Shown here one piece after another: positions 34,258-43,622 of a stretch of DNA of 64,000 bases; positions within the stretch are counted from its first letter, which is position 1; each line of letters begins with the position of its first letter. Origin of the DNA: a virus (taxonomy: Duplodnaviria; Caudoviricetes); IMG/VR virus record IMGVR_UViG_3300037312_000542, positions 706 through 64,705 of that record; one strand, written 5' to 3'. A model generated the notes under the pieces. The model searched no databases, was not told where the DNA came from, and saw only the letters and a list, made by a program, of their open reading frames with translations. The position numbers were made by a program, and so were the translations under genes.

Positions 34258-35025
34258 TTACTGCGCCGCCAACTCCGGGAATTTGGAATTGAGCGCCTTG
34301 ACGCGCTCCGCTTTGTTGCCGCCGAAATCTCCAGCGGGGGTCTTGACGCCACGACGCTGACCGTCGTTGCCGTTTGGTGCGTGGCCGGTCGGCGGGGCGA
34401 GGTACGCCTTACCCTTGGTCTGCGCCCAATCCTTCACGAAGTCGGTCACGCCGATTTCGCCAAGATCGGTTTCAACGATCGCCTTACGGCTACCGTCGTC
34501 GGCGCGCTGCACTTTGACGCTGTTGCGCAGGCTGGCGATGGCGCCGTCGATCAGGTCCGGGTTGACGCCCACGGCCAGGAGCGAATCCTTGAGACCGCCG
34601 TCGCGAACAGTGCTGTCGATATAGCCGTCGCGCTCCTGCAACTCGGCGGCGCGCGCCGCCATGTCGGTTTCGTACTTCTTTTGCAGGTTGGCGAGCTTGC
34701 CTTCGTAGACCGCCTTCATCGACTGAAGCTGCTCGTCTTTCTTCGCCGGGTCGTCGCCGTTCGCATTGGCGTTGAGCGAAACCCACTTCTCGGCGTCGAA
34801 GTCTTCCGGAATTTCCGCCAGCTTGGCTTCCGCTTCAGCGGCCTTCGCCTTGTATTCGTCGCGCTTGCGAATGTTCTCACGGTTCGCCGTGATGACACCG
34901 CGGACCTTCGGGTGGTCGTCGATATCATCGACCGCCAACACGAACTTGCCTTTGTCCTCGGTGTAGTGGTCACGCAGAGCCTCCGGGACTTCGTCCATGG
35001 ACTCGTAGAATGCTTTCAAACCCAT
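34258..35025 (-). CDS. capsid scaffolding protein
   Basis: MGLKAFYESMDEVPE...YTE..GKFVLAV; charged coiled coil. Confidence 0.8.
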   Translation of the reverse strand: MGLKAFYESMDEVPEALRDHYTEDKGKFVLAVDDIDDHPKVRGVITANRENIRKRDEYKAKAAEAEAKLAEIPEDFDAEKWVSLNANANGDDPAKKDEQLQSMKAVYEGKLANLQKKYETDMAARAAELQERDGYIDSTVRDGGLKDSLLAVGVNPDLIDGAIASLRNSVKVQRADDGSRKAIVETDLGEIGVTDFVKDWAQTKGKAYLAPPTGHAPNGNDGQRRGVKTPAGDFGGNKAERVKALNSKFPELAAQ

Positions 35026-35073
35026 CGGGTCTGTTCTCCTATTTCATGCCACTCAACCGGGTGGCGGCGGCCG

Positions 35074-36480
35074 TCAAAGTTGCATGTCCGCAGGAAGTGC
35101 CGCCGGTTCAGGCGCCGGATCCTCCGCCATCAACTTCTTTTCGTCGTCTTCGGTGCGATCCATTGGCACGATGTTGCCGCGTTTCAGGCGGTCGAACATC
35201 GTCGAATAGGAATAGGCACCCTGTTGCCACCCGGCGACGAGCGCGGTCAGCGTCTGCGCGTCGAGCGGTTTGTCGAAGAACTCCAGGTTCGGAGTCACTT
35301 TCACATCGTCGGGGTTTTCCCCGATCCAGGTGGCAATATTCTTGAGCGCACGTTCCAGGCCGGACGCACTGTTTTGCGCGATCAGGTGGAGCAGCGAATA
35401 CTGGTTGCCAAGGCGCAATTGAATGGCGTCGCCGCTTTCAGCGGCCTTCGACGTGTCAACCAGTATTTGCGAGCCGAACGCGACCGCTTCCGTGAGTGCG
35501 TCGGCGATGGCTTCCTTCTGTGCGCTGATGCCGGCACCAGTGAATTCCAAAAACTCAGCGGTGCCTCCCATGGGCAGCACCCAAAGCGTGGCGGCGCCGA
35601 TGCCTTTCGGCAATTGTCCAGCCTTTCTTGCGGCCTCGGCGTCCGAGAACCCGGTAACAACCGGGGTCGGTTCGGACGTCATATGCAGAGAGGTCGTATA
35701 GTCGGCGTCAAGACGATAGATGCGGACGGCGAGACGACCCAGCCCGTAGAGCGGCACGTCATCCGGCTCGGCGGAAAGGTCGTTCGTGCTGAAAAAGACA
35801 AAGGGAAACACCTTGAGAGGCCGTTTCAACCGATCAGCGGCGATGGTCGCTTCCTGCGGAACGAACGTCTTTTCGTTCTGCAGCCATTCCTTGGTGTAGA
35901 AACTGCCATCTTCCATGCCGCATTCGAGGTACTTGCACTGCACCTCCCACGCGCCGTTGTCGCGGTTGCGAACGTAGCCCGACTCGTCGAGAACCACGTA
36001 GTCCGGCGAACTGTTCGTGCTGTCCCAATTGATGATCGCTTCGGCCGAATAGCCGGCGAGGTATGGCGTACCGTCAGCGTCGATGCCGGGCAGAACGCCG
36101 TAACGTCCGATTCCCATCAGTTCGATCGCGATGCGTCGGTGCAACGCGTCGATGGTCAGCCCGTCGCGAGTCGCGCGGGTACGCAGGAATTCCATGGACT
36201 TCGGCAATTCGACATTCGCCGATTGCTTCAGCATGATACCAACCGAACCGCGCACGGTCGGCGCGACCAGTTCGGGGAATTCGGCACGCAATTTATAGGC
36301 GTCGTATGCCTGTTTACGCAGCGCAATGTCCGAAATGGCTGCCGTGCCTGACTTCATCGGGAGGTACTTTTCGCCCTTGGCCTTGACGCAATCCTCGCCG
36401 TCGAACGCATCGCGCATCAACTCCCACGCGGGAGCGAACTGCGTGTAAGAAGGATGCTGGACGGTGATGTTGTAAGTCAC
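35074..36480 (-). CDS. portal protein (DUF4055-like)
   Basis: HPSY...W..MRDAFDGE...KGEKYLP...RAEF; after terminase. Confidence 0.85.
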   Translation of the reverse strand: MTYNITVQHPSYTQFAPAWELMRDAFDGEDCVKAKGEKYLPMKSGTAAISDIALRKQAYDAYKLRAEFPELVAPTVRGSVGIMLKQSANVELPKSMEFLRTRATRDGLTIDALHRRIAIELMGIGRYGVLPGIDADGTPYLAGYSAEAIINWDSTNSSPDYVVLDESGYVRNRDNGAWEVQCKYLECGMEDGSFYTKEWLQNEKTFVPQEATIAADRLKRPLKVFPFVFFSTNDLSAEPDDVPLYGLGRLAVRIYRLDADYTTSLHMTSEPTPVVTGFSDAEAARKAGQLPKGIGAATLWVLPMGGTAEFLEFTGAGISAQKEAIADALTEAVAFGSQILVDTSKAAESGDAIQLRLGNQYSLLHLIAQNSASGLERALKNIATWIGENPDDVKVTPNLEFFDKPLDAQTLTALVAGWQQGAYSYSTMFDRLKRGNIVPMDRTEDDEKKLMAEDPAPEPAALPADMQL

Positions 36481-36527
36481 GCCGGGCGGAATCCAATCGT
36501 TAACAAGGGTACAACCCTATCTTTGCT

Positions 36528-36557
36528 ACCTTACTACGAACGATGCGGTTTGTCAAC
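36528..36557 (-). promoter_or_regulatory. motif promoter 7 (portal)
   Basis: GTTGACAAAC...GTAG-TAAGGT. Confidence 0.75.
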
Positions 36558-36565
36558 TGCAAACG

Positions 36566-37864
36566 TCAATAGAACCCGGTCGGGACATATGCGGCAGAAA
36601 CCGCACGTCGCACGTTCTCGACCGCGTACCGGGCCGAGTCGATCGTGTGGTTTTTCTTGTCTTCCAGGATGTTGGTGATTTCGTCCGTGTGCGGGTCGAT
36701 CTTGAACGAATAATGCTCAAATTCTTGCGCGGTGTGGACGCAATCCGGATGAATGATGATGTCGTAGGATTTCAAGAACTCAATGCCATCCTCGATCGAG
36801 CCGGCACCCTTGAGCGCGGCTTGAATCTGCGAATAGCCGTGTTTCTGCATATAAGAGATGGTTTCGGGGCGCGCGCTGTCCGCAATGAACGGCACACGCT
36901 GACCCAACGATCGCCAGTTCGGGTCGCTCTTTCGACGTGAGGGCGTCCAGCCGGGGTCCAACTGGTCGAACAGCGCCGGCGTCTGGTCGATATCGCACCC
37001 GATCTTCCAGACCTCGCGCCAGAAATAGAGCGTACGGCCAACGATAAAGCAGATGAGACCGACCGTCGGATCCTGCGAAAAGCCCCAATCGGCGCCGCCG
37101 TAGAGAATCGTGCCGGAAGGCGGCGGGTCGAATTCCTCGACCTTCCAGTTCTTGAACACGCGAGCCTGCGAATTCTTTTCGTACTCGCCGCCCCAAACGT
37201 GCGCGTACATATCGCGGTCGCGCTTGAAGTCGTAGTCTTTATCGGCAGGCAGTTCGGTTTCATGAAACCACGGATTGTCCTGCCAGTTGGCCTGAATAAC
37301 GACCGATCGCGGCGGCGGGCTCCATGATCCTTCCGCTTTTGCCTTCAGGGCGTCCGGGGAATTGCCCCGCAGGAAATCGTCAACCGGGTCCGTCGCCTTT
37401 TTCGGATTCCATGAGAACCACAATTCGGAGCCTGGTTTGCGCAACGTCGGGCGCAACAGCCGCAACGAGGTTTGCGAAAGCGTCTGCGCTTCCTCGACCC
37501 ACGCCACATCATAGCCTTCCAACGATTTGATGGAGTCGGCGGTGTGGTTCTGCATCCCCTGGAAGATGATAAGCCCGCCGCCGGGCGTCTTGATTTCCGC
37601 CTTTTGCACGTCGAACAGCGGACCCACGCCGAGCGACTGTATCTTGCCCTCGATCGTGCGTTTGGCGGACTGTGCCAGGGATTTCTGGACTTCGCGGATA
37701 CAGACGGCGTGCGTGCCCGGCGATCGCACGCACTTGCGCACCAGTTTCTCGGCGAAATAGTGCGACTTTGCCGAGCCGCGCCCGCCGTGCGCGCCGATGT
37801 AACGACCGGGCTGTTCAAGCGGGACGAACACGCGAGCGAGATTGGTGTCGATAATTCGACCCAC
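36566..37864 (-). CDS. terL: terminase large subunit (PBSX family)
   Basis: Walker A GGRGSAKS, CIRE, Walker B WVEEA, FSWNP, DWGFSQDP, NHTIDSARY. Confidence 0.95.
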   Translation of the reverse strand: MGRIIDTNLARVFVPLEQPGRYIGAHGGRGSAKSHYFAEKLVRKCVRSPGTHAVCIREVQKSLAQSAKRTIEGKIQSLGVGPLFDVQKAEIKTPGGGLIIFQGMQNHTADSIKSLEGYDVAWVEEAQTLSQTSLRLLRPTLRKPGSELWFSWNPKKATDPVDDFLRGNSPDALKAKAEGSWSPPPRSVVIQANWQDNPWFHETELPADKDYDFKRDRDMYAHVWGGEYEKNSQARVFKNWKVEEFDPPPSGTILYGGADWGFSQDPTVGLICFIVGRTLYFWREVWKIGCDIDQTPALFDQLDPGWTPSRRKSDPNWRSLGQRVPFIADSARPETISYMQKHGYSQIQAALKGAGSIEDGIEFLKSYDIIIHPDCVHTAQEFEHYSFKIDPHTDEITNILEDKKNHTIDSARYAVENVRRAVSAAYVPTGFY

Positions 37865-38340
37865 TAAGACGCCTCCGCGGGCGGGTCGGAGGAGGGCGAT
37901 TTCGGGTCGACAATCGTCACCCGAATCTCTTCGATCGGTTCGGAGGGAGCCGTTGCCGGCGCTGCGGCCTTGCCAGCCGCTTTCGGGCCGATACCCTGTT
38001 CCGCCGCGATCTGTTGCATCACGGAGCGCGCTTCGGCCAACTGATTGTTGTTCTTGTAGCTGTCGACCATGTTGCTCAACAGGATCAACCGCGCCTTTTG
38101 TTCAGCGTAGGGCGCGGTTTCCGGGTCGTCGAGCACACGTTCGCGCTCGCGGCGAAACAGCATGAACAGTTCGGGTGCCAGCACATTCTTGCGCGGGTCG
38201 AACTTCATCACGTCATGTTCGTTGAACTTGATGCCGGCGAAGCGCGCGGCGAAAGCGGTAGCGATATCGCGCGGGGTATAGAATGCAGCGAGTTGGCGAA
38301 CCACAAATTCCTGTTGTTCCATCGTCAGAGCGTCAGCCAC
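37864..38340 (-). CDS. terS: terminase small subunit (DUF2280-like)
   Basis: FVVRQLAAFYTPRDIA HTH; directly upstream of terL. Confidence 0.8.
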   Translation of the reverse strand: MADALTMEQQEFVVRQLAAFYTPRDIATAFAARFAGIKFNEHDVMKFDPRKNVLAPELFMLFRRERERVLDDPETAPYAEQKARLILLSNMVDSYKNNNQLAEARSVMQQIAAEQGIGPKAAGKAAAPATAPSEPIEEIRVTIVDPKSPSSDPPAEAS

Positions 38341-38344
38341 TCGC

Positions 38345-38826
38345 CACTTCTAGTCCTTTCGCTAGTGCCAGCGACCATGCGCCTATGACCGCAGCGCCAC
38401 CCTCACTCCGGGGAGTCGCACGGCCGCTGACCTACTGCCCGGCCAAAAGTGGCGCGGGTTGTTCTTTTCGACCGGCAGGTCGCCCATGTGCCTGCATCTC
38501 TTCACGTAACTTTCGCTACTCACCACCTGCTTGCGCGCAGTGGCGCGGCGGAAGGCTTTCCGCCCCCGGTCGAATTAATATGGCCGCCGGGTCATCGCAG
38601 ACGTTCCATCAGGGGAACACCGCTACCCTTGCTTATCGCGCCTCGCGCGCGGCCAATCAGAACGCGCCCGAATAGGGTGACGGGCGACACGAGGGCCTAT
38701 CCATGGTGCCCGCGTTCTGATCCTAGCATTCTCGTCCGACGCGGCATCAGCAGGGACATAAGCACCCTGAATCCTGACTTGGTGGTGCGGTCGCCTTGAC
38801 GCGGCGGCGGGCGGGAATGCTCCCAG
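38345..38826 (-). ncRNA. candidate large structured ncRNA/leader upstream of terS
   Basis: ~480 nt with no credible ORF, downstream of motif promoter 38833..38862; 11-bp perfect stem, end-to-end pairing, GNRA loops. Confidence 0.45.
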
Positions 38827-38832
38827 CCGCGC

Positions 38833-38862
38833 ACCTTACTACGAAATGTCGTGTTTGTCAAC
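38833..38862 (-). promoter_or_regulatory. motif promoter 8 (terS leader)
   Basis: GTTGACAAAC...GTAG-TAAGGT. Confidence 0.75.
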
Positions 38863-38870
38863 GGGTAATT

Positions 38871-39158
38871 TTAAGCTGCGCGCCCCGTCGGTTTCCCCGC
38901 CTCGAACGAATCGGGGTTACTCGCCGACCCGATGCGCGGGGTCAGGATGCGCTTGCCGCGCTTCTTGAGATATCGGCCGCGCCCGTCCGCCGGCGGCAGG
39001 CCGTTGACCAGGTTCGAGCGGAGACCCCAAACGCCGTCCCACACTTCGTATTTCTCGACGCGGACGTTCGTGTAGCCTTGCGACGCCCAATAGTCGAGGA
39101 TGGTGTTGCGAAGACGTTCGGCGCCCTTGGCGGTATAGTTGTCGGCGATGTGCGGCAT
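38871..39158 (-). CDS. hypothetical protein
   Basis: 95 aa, GGAG RBS, behind motif promoter. Confidence 0.65.
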   Translation of the reverse strand: MPHIADNYTAKGAERLRNTILDYWASQGYTNVRVEKYEVWDGVWGLRSNLVNGLPPADGRGRYLKKRGKRILTPRIGSASNPDSFEAGKPTGRAA

Positions 39159-39182
39159 GATAACTCCCCGTTGTGTCGTGCG

Positions 39183-39211
39183 ACTCTACTACGTCACGTC
39201 GGTTTGTCAAC
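39183..39211 (-). promoter_or_regulatory. motif promoter 9
   Basis: GTTGACAAAC...GTAG-TAGAGT. Confidence 0.75.
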
Positions 39212-39422
39212 GGAAATCGCGCTTCGTTTCCTCGACCGCAGCCCGTTTAGCATCTAACAAAGCCGTCATCGCCGACCTGCAATCCTCTTCGACGGCAAAC
39301 GTGCGTTGCGCGTCACCGTAAAAGCAGCACGCCTCGAATTCCTTGAGTTTAGCATCCAGAAAAGTCTGCGCAGCCACCACGCGAAACGCAGCGTCCCTTA
39401 AGGCGGGCCTGGTATTCATCAT
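39207..39422 (-). CDS. hypothetical protein
   Basis: 71-aa ORF. Confidence 0.55.
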   Translation of the reverse strand: MMNTRPALRDAAFRVVAAQTFLDAKLKEFEACCFYGDAQRTFAVEEDCRSAMTALLDAKRAAVEETKRDFR

Positions 39423-39431
39423 TCGAACCTT

Positions 39432-39743
39432 TCAATACGGCGGCGGTGGCAGGGGCGGGGCTTGCAGCACTCGATAAACATACGTCCGTGACACTTCCAG
39501 CAATTCCGCGATGCGACCCGGCTTGACGCCGTTCGCGGCAAGCCCGCGAATCCGATAGGGCATGTCCGACGTCCTAGGACGGGCTTTGCGCGGGCGGTCC
39601 GGCCGCTCCGCGCGCAGGGTAGCGTAGACCGTGCCTACCGACACGCCAAGAGCGCGCGCGACCACTGCGGGGTCGGCGCTTGTCCTTTCAAGGGCGTCAT
39701 AAAACGCGACGATCTCGGCGCGGGTGGGTCGGGGGAGGGTCAA
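39432..39743 (-). CDS. double-HTH DNA-binding protein ending PPPPY
   Basis: VVARALGVSVGTVYATL and IAELLEVSRTYVYRVL. Confidence 0.7.
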   Translation of the reverse strand: MTLPRPTRAEIVAFYDALERTSADPAVVARALGVSVGTVYATLRAERPDRPRKARPRTSDMPYRIRGLAANGVKPGRIAELLEVSRTYVYRVLQAPPLPPPPY

Positions 39744-40009
39744 GTGCGCAACATCGCGAACAGGACTTTTCGCGTGATGCGTCCGGACCCGCAACACCAA
39801 TCGCAATGCCCGTTTTCATCTCGACCATTATCGGGGTGCGGGCATGGAACTAGCGATGCGACGCACGGGCCGACGGAATGCGCACCGCCCGGCTGTTTGC
39901 GGTTCCATATCTCTTCGCAAAGTTGCATGGTTCGACCGTAGCCGATTAATTCTCCGATTTGACGAACGGCGTTTTCTTCTTCGTCGTGGGTCATCTGCGT
40001 CAACTCCAT
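39740..40009 (-). CDS. hypothetical protein
   Basis: 89 aa, behind motif promoter. Confidence 0.6.
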   Translation of the reverse strand: MELTQMTHDEEENAVRQIGELIGYGRTMQLCEEIWNRKQPGGAHSVGPCVASLVPCPHPDNGRDENGHCDWCCGSGRITRKVLFAMLRT

Positions 40010-40021
40010 TTTGATGAGTTG

Positions 40022-40050
40022 ACATTACTACGATCAGGCAGTTTGTCAAC
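40022..40050 (-). promoter_or_regulatory. motif promoter 10
   Basis: GTTGACAAAC...GTAG-TAATGT. Confidence 0.75.
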
Positions 40051-40079
40051 GTATAAGCGCATTCAACCCGAAATTATTT

Positions 40080-41714
40080 TCACGCCGCGTTCGCCACCGG
40101 CGACGGCATCGGCACCGGCAATTGCACCACGCCAGCCGCGCCAATCGTCACCTGCAACACGGATGTTCGCGACGACCCATTCGGAATCAACACCGCGTCA
40201 ACCGCGCCCCCCGCACTCAACCGGATCCAGCGTGCCGCCTTCCCATAGGCCGCCAACGCTTCCGGCAGCGTCACCTGACCCGACTCGGTCGCCAGCGTCA
40301 CGACGCCGTCCTGCTCCCATACTCGCCACACCGGTAGCCATCCGCCCTCCCGAGCCGCACCCGTCTTATACGACGCAATCAGCGCGGCGCCTGACGGCCG
40401 TTCGAGCAGTTTCTGGCCCTTCGGTGAGGCTTCCTCGTCACCACCACCCACGCGCATATCATGACCGCACAGCGGGCAGTCGAGCAACCCTTTCTGGATC
40501 GGTTGGAGACATGCGGGGCAGTTCTTCGTCATAGGCGCATCGCACGCCCAGCATTTCATGGCTGCGGCAGGGACGCGAGCGCGACAGGCGTCGCAACTGA
40601 CAAGTTTGGAAACCGTCTCTTTAGGACGAATTAGATCGATCGGTCCATGAGTGCCGATATTATCAGCGTAGTCGAGAATCAAGCAGTCGGCTTTACCTGC
40701 GGCAATCGACGACTCTAGGTTGCCGCCGACGGTACGCATCCCGCGACCCAGCATCTGAATGAACAGCCCGAGTGACATTGTTTTACGACGCATCACCACA
40801 AGGTCGACTTCCTGAACGTCGAAGCCCGTGGTTAATGCGGCTACGTTTACAAGTGCTCGCAATCGCCCTGCACGGTACGCAGCGATCGTCGCGGTACGTT
40901 CCGCGTGCGGTGTCGTGCCCAGAACGAGTCCGGTCGGGATACCCCACTCGTTCATGTGCGTCGTCATCGCCTTCGCCGCTTTAGTTGACGCCTCAAATAT
41001 CAACCAGCGTTTACGGTCGGCTCCGATGACCCGCATCTGCGCTACATGAGAATTCATTAGCGCCAGCATTTGAGCGTCTTGCGACGACCCGGTGAATTCG
41101 CCCTTGCTGACTTTCAACCCGGACGCATCGATTTTATCGTCCACAGTCACCGACAGCGGTTGGACAAGGTATTTGTCGTAAATCCCGTCGAGCAACGAAT
41201 AGTTATAGACAGTTTTCTCAAACAGCGCGCCTTCGCCCTGGTCGAGGCGGCCACCTTGCAGTCGAAACGGCGTTCCGGTCAGACCGACAATCCGCTGCAC
41301 GCCAAGATCACGAATGATTTGACGATACATGCCCATCTCGCCGAAGGGAATGAGATGGCATTCGTCTATGATCAACAAATCAATTGGCCCGAAAGAACGA
41401 CCGTTATTATAGACGCTCTGGATGGCGGCAACAATATTTTGACCCCGCCAGACACGTTGGTGGAGCGATGCGGCGTTGATACCAACAGGAAGTTTTAAGA
41501 CGGCAAGCGCCGTTGCGACTTGCTCGACCAACTCGCGCACGTGCGATAGTATGAGCACGCGCCAGCCGAGCATGTTGGCGACGCGCGTGATTTCGGCGAT
41601 CGTCAGCGACTTGCCGGACGCCACACACATATGAAGCAGGACGCGCATCAAGCCTGCGCGAAACGAATCGTAGACCGCGTCTCGCGCGGCTTCCTGGTGT
41701 CGACGGAGAATCAT
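40080..41714 (-). CDS. SF2 DEAD/DEAH helicase (YejH/RadD-like) with C-terminal zinc ribbons
   Basis: VASGKS, DECH, TGTP, LTTGFD, QMLGRGMR, CxxC repeats. Confidence 0.9.
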   Translation of the reverse strand: MILRRHQEAARDAVYDSFRAGLMRVLLHMCVASGKSLTIAEITRVANMLGWRVLILSHVRELVEQVATALAVLKLPVGINAASLHQRVWRGQNIVAAIQSVYNNGRSFGPIDLLIIDECHLIPFGEMGMYRQIIRDLGVQRIVGLTGTPFRLQGGRLDQGEGALFEKTVYNYSLLDGIYDKYLVQPLSVTVDDKIDASGLKVSKGEFTGSSQDAQMLALMNSHVAQMRVIGADRKRWLIFEASTKAAKAMTTHMNEWGIPTGLVLGTTPHAERTATIAAYRAGRLRALVNVAALTTGFDVQEVDLVVMRRKTMSLGLFIQMLGRGMRTVGGNLESSIAAGKADCLILDYADNIGTHGPIDLIRPKETVSKLVSCDACRARVPAAAMKCWACDAPMTKNCPACLQPIQKGLLDCPLCGHDMRVGGGDEEASPKGQKLLERPSGAALIASYKTGAAREGGWLPVWRVWEQDGVVTLATESGQVTLPEALAAYGKAARWIRLSAGGAVDAVLIPNGSSRTSVLQVTIGAAGVVQLPVPMPSPVANAA

Positions 41715-42763
41715 ATAATCCGCGAATACGTTTCGCCCGCGATGAGGCGCTGAATTTGAGCGACGTTTCGGGCGCCAACTTGTGCCGCGATTTCATCTGC
41801 GGCGTGCCCAAGAGATGACAGAAAACGAGCATCGCGAATCTGTTGCGGCTTCAATCGATCCTCGCCGGCGCAGATGACTTTCTCGGCATAATCCGCGTTC
41901 AGCCAGTTCGCGGCGGCTAAGGGGTTCGGCAAACCCTTACGAGACGTTCGTTCAAAGAAACGATTGATAATATCCTGTCGATCGTCTGGCGCGACGCGCT
42001 CGTGGTTGCCGATTGCACCAATACGACGCAGATACGCAAGCCCCGCGTTGCCGCCGGGCACCATGTTGAGCCCGAACGGGTAGAGCGTACTGTTTTCTAC
42101 AAGTCGTTCCTCAAGATGCAGTGCTCTTTCTTCGCTGATTCCACAAGCCACAACTGAATGCCTGTGAATCGCAGATCCTTCGTGCTCTCGGATAGCTCGA
42201 TGAAACCGATAGTGTGATCCTAGCATGGCAGACCGGCAGTGTTCTCGCCAGCGGGTTCGCCATCCGCGTTTCGTAATTCCAATGTACTCTAGACCGCTGA
42301 ATCGGTTTCCCGAATAGTCACTCATGTAATGGTGATGATAGACTTGATACCCGTTGCAACAGGATTTCGCGGTCTTGATAATGTAATCAAACGGTACGGA
42401 TACCATCGAAGACATCGTAAAGTCGTCATCAGCAAGGGTGCATATCGTAAGGTTACGAACCGGGCCTCGATCAGAAAGCCCTTTGAACATCTTCAATCCG
42501 ATTTCATCTGACAGATCAAACGAGCCCGGATTAGGCCCTACGAAATCGGTCGTAACAGTACGTTTTTTCGGTAAATACCACACAACAAGGGTGCCGACTG
42601 GCAATGTGGTTTTCGTATTGTCCCCGGCTATCATCTGCATAAACGACGTGAAGCCGTAATTAAATCTAATATCTAACTTCTCCAGTGTGAGATCGATGAT
42701 GTTGCACGCTTCGCGACCGTGTCCGGTCAAGAATCGAAAATTATCACGATGAATGTATTTCAT
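41711..42763 (-). CDS. GIY-YIG nuclease-domain protein
   Basis: GYQVY...YIGIT...RWREH, E and N residues, C-terminal HTH; visibly more AT-rich. Confidence 0.7.
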   Translation of the reverse strand: MKYIHRDNFRFLTGHGREACNIIDLTLEKLDIRFNYGFTSFMQMIAGDNTKTTLPVGTLVVWYLPKKRTVTTDFVGPNPGSFDLSDEIGLKMFKGLSDRGPVRNLTICTLADDDFTMSSMVSVPFDYIIKTAKSCCNGYQVYHHHYMSDYSGNRFSGLEYIGITKRGWRTRWREHCRSAMLGSHYRFHRAIREHEGSAIHRHSVVACGISEERALHLEERLVENSTLYPFGLNMVPGGNAGLAYLRRIGAIGNHERVAPDDRQDIINRFFERTSRKGLPNPLAAANWLNADYAEKVICAGEDRLKPQQIRDARFLSSLGHAADEIAAQVGARNVAQIQRLIAGETYSRII

Positions 42764-42769
42764 GAACAG

Positions 42770-42798
42770 ACATTACTACGTAGTGACAGTTTGTCAAC
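42770..42798 (-). promoter_or_regulatory. motif promoter 11 (GIY-YIG)
   Basis: GTTGACAAAC...GTAG-TAATGT. Confidence 0.75.
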
Positions 42799-42849
42799 GC
42801 ATATTTTTAGGAGCAGCAACCAAAATCGCAACGGAGCGCAGATTATTTT

Positions 42850-42951
42850 TCAGGAGCCGGTCATCTCCCGCGCCACCTGAACCGCTTCGTCCCAATCGAG
42901 CCCGGCGACGCACAAGAACGTCAACCATTCGTCGAAAGTGCGTTGGCGCAT
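42850..42951 (-). CDS. small hypothetical protein
   Basis: 33-aa ORF coupled to upstream stop. Confidence 0.35.
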   Translation of the reverse strand: MRQRTFDEWLTFLCVAGLDWDEAVQVAREMTGS

Positions 42952-43190
42952 CACAGCAGTCCTGCCTTTTTCAAGCCCGCGACAATGTGCGCCGATTGCG
43001 CCGCAGTCGCGTGTCGCTCTATGATCTCCGTGGTGCGCTGCTCAACCGTTTTTGGTTCGTCCAGCTTCAGGACTCCGAGGGCGACCCATGAATCGATCTG
43101 GTCCGCTGCAATCACTTCGGCACTGCATGAGGAAACGCCTTGATGGAGATAAACCCGCATTTGAGTGCTGATTGCTTCGTCTCTGGTCAT
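42951..43190 (-). CDS. hypothetical protein
   Basis: AAGGAG RBS, 79 aa. Confidence 0.6.
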   Translation of the reverse strand: MTRDEAISTQMRVYLHQGVSSCSAEVIAADQIDSWVALGVLKLDEPKTVEQRTTEIIERHATAAQSAHIVAGLKKAGLL

Positions 43191-43375
43191 TGGAAAGACT
43201 CCTTGGGTGGAATTAAATGCCCGTGCGCGACAGATGGTCGGGCTAGTTGAAGTAATCCGTGGGTTGACGCGCTTGGCCGCGATGAACACCATCCCCGAAC
43301 CAAGGCACGGAGCGCGCCTTTCGACGCAACTGCACGGAAAGCCCCTTGGCTGGGGTGACTGCTAGAAGGAGGGGC

Positions 43376-43561
43376 TTACGCCGCCACTCCGAACCCGCCT
43401 TGCCAAACCCCGACAAGTTGACCGTTCGTAGTCTCGCCTGCGATACACGCAACAAAGTCAGACGCGCCCACTTGGCGAACTTCGATTTTGATCGCAGACG
43501 AGTGCTTGCTGTAGTTCACTGCTGCTGCCTTAGCGGCAGGAAGGCTATTGAATTTGGTCAT
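43376..43561 (-). CDS. hypothetical protein
   Basis: First gene after motif promoter 43594; CAGGA RBS. Confidence 0.65.
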   Translation of the reverse strand: MTKFNSLPAAKAAAVNYSKHSSAIKIEVRQVGASDFVACIAGETTNGQLVGVWQGGFGVAA

Positions 43562-43593
43562 CTGCGTCGTCCTGTTTGCGTTCCGATATTGCT

Positions 43594-43622
43594 ACCTTAC
43601 TACGCCACGACAGTTTGTCAAC
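43594..43622 (-). promoter_or_regulatory. motif promoter 12
   Basis: GTTGACAAAC...GTAG-TAAGGT. Confidence 0.75.

Noticed and set aside
34171-36351. 726-aa + strand ORF (also 32957..34174, 62325..63782, 59039..59704, 31902..32702 and similar long ORFs)
   Set aside because: Antisense or alternate-frame shadows of well-supported genes in GC-rich DNA; no motifs, RBS or operon context
38725-38755. Hammerhead ribozyme suggested by CUGAUG in the terS leader
   Set aside because: Core reads CUGAUGC, not CUGANGA, and no correctly placed GAAA or cleavage triplet
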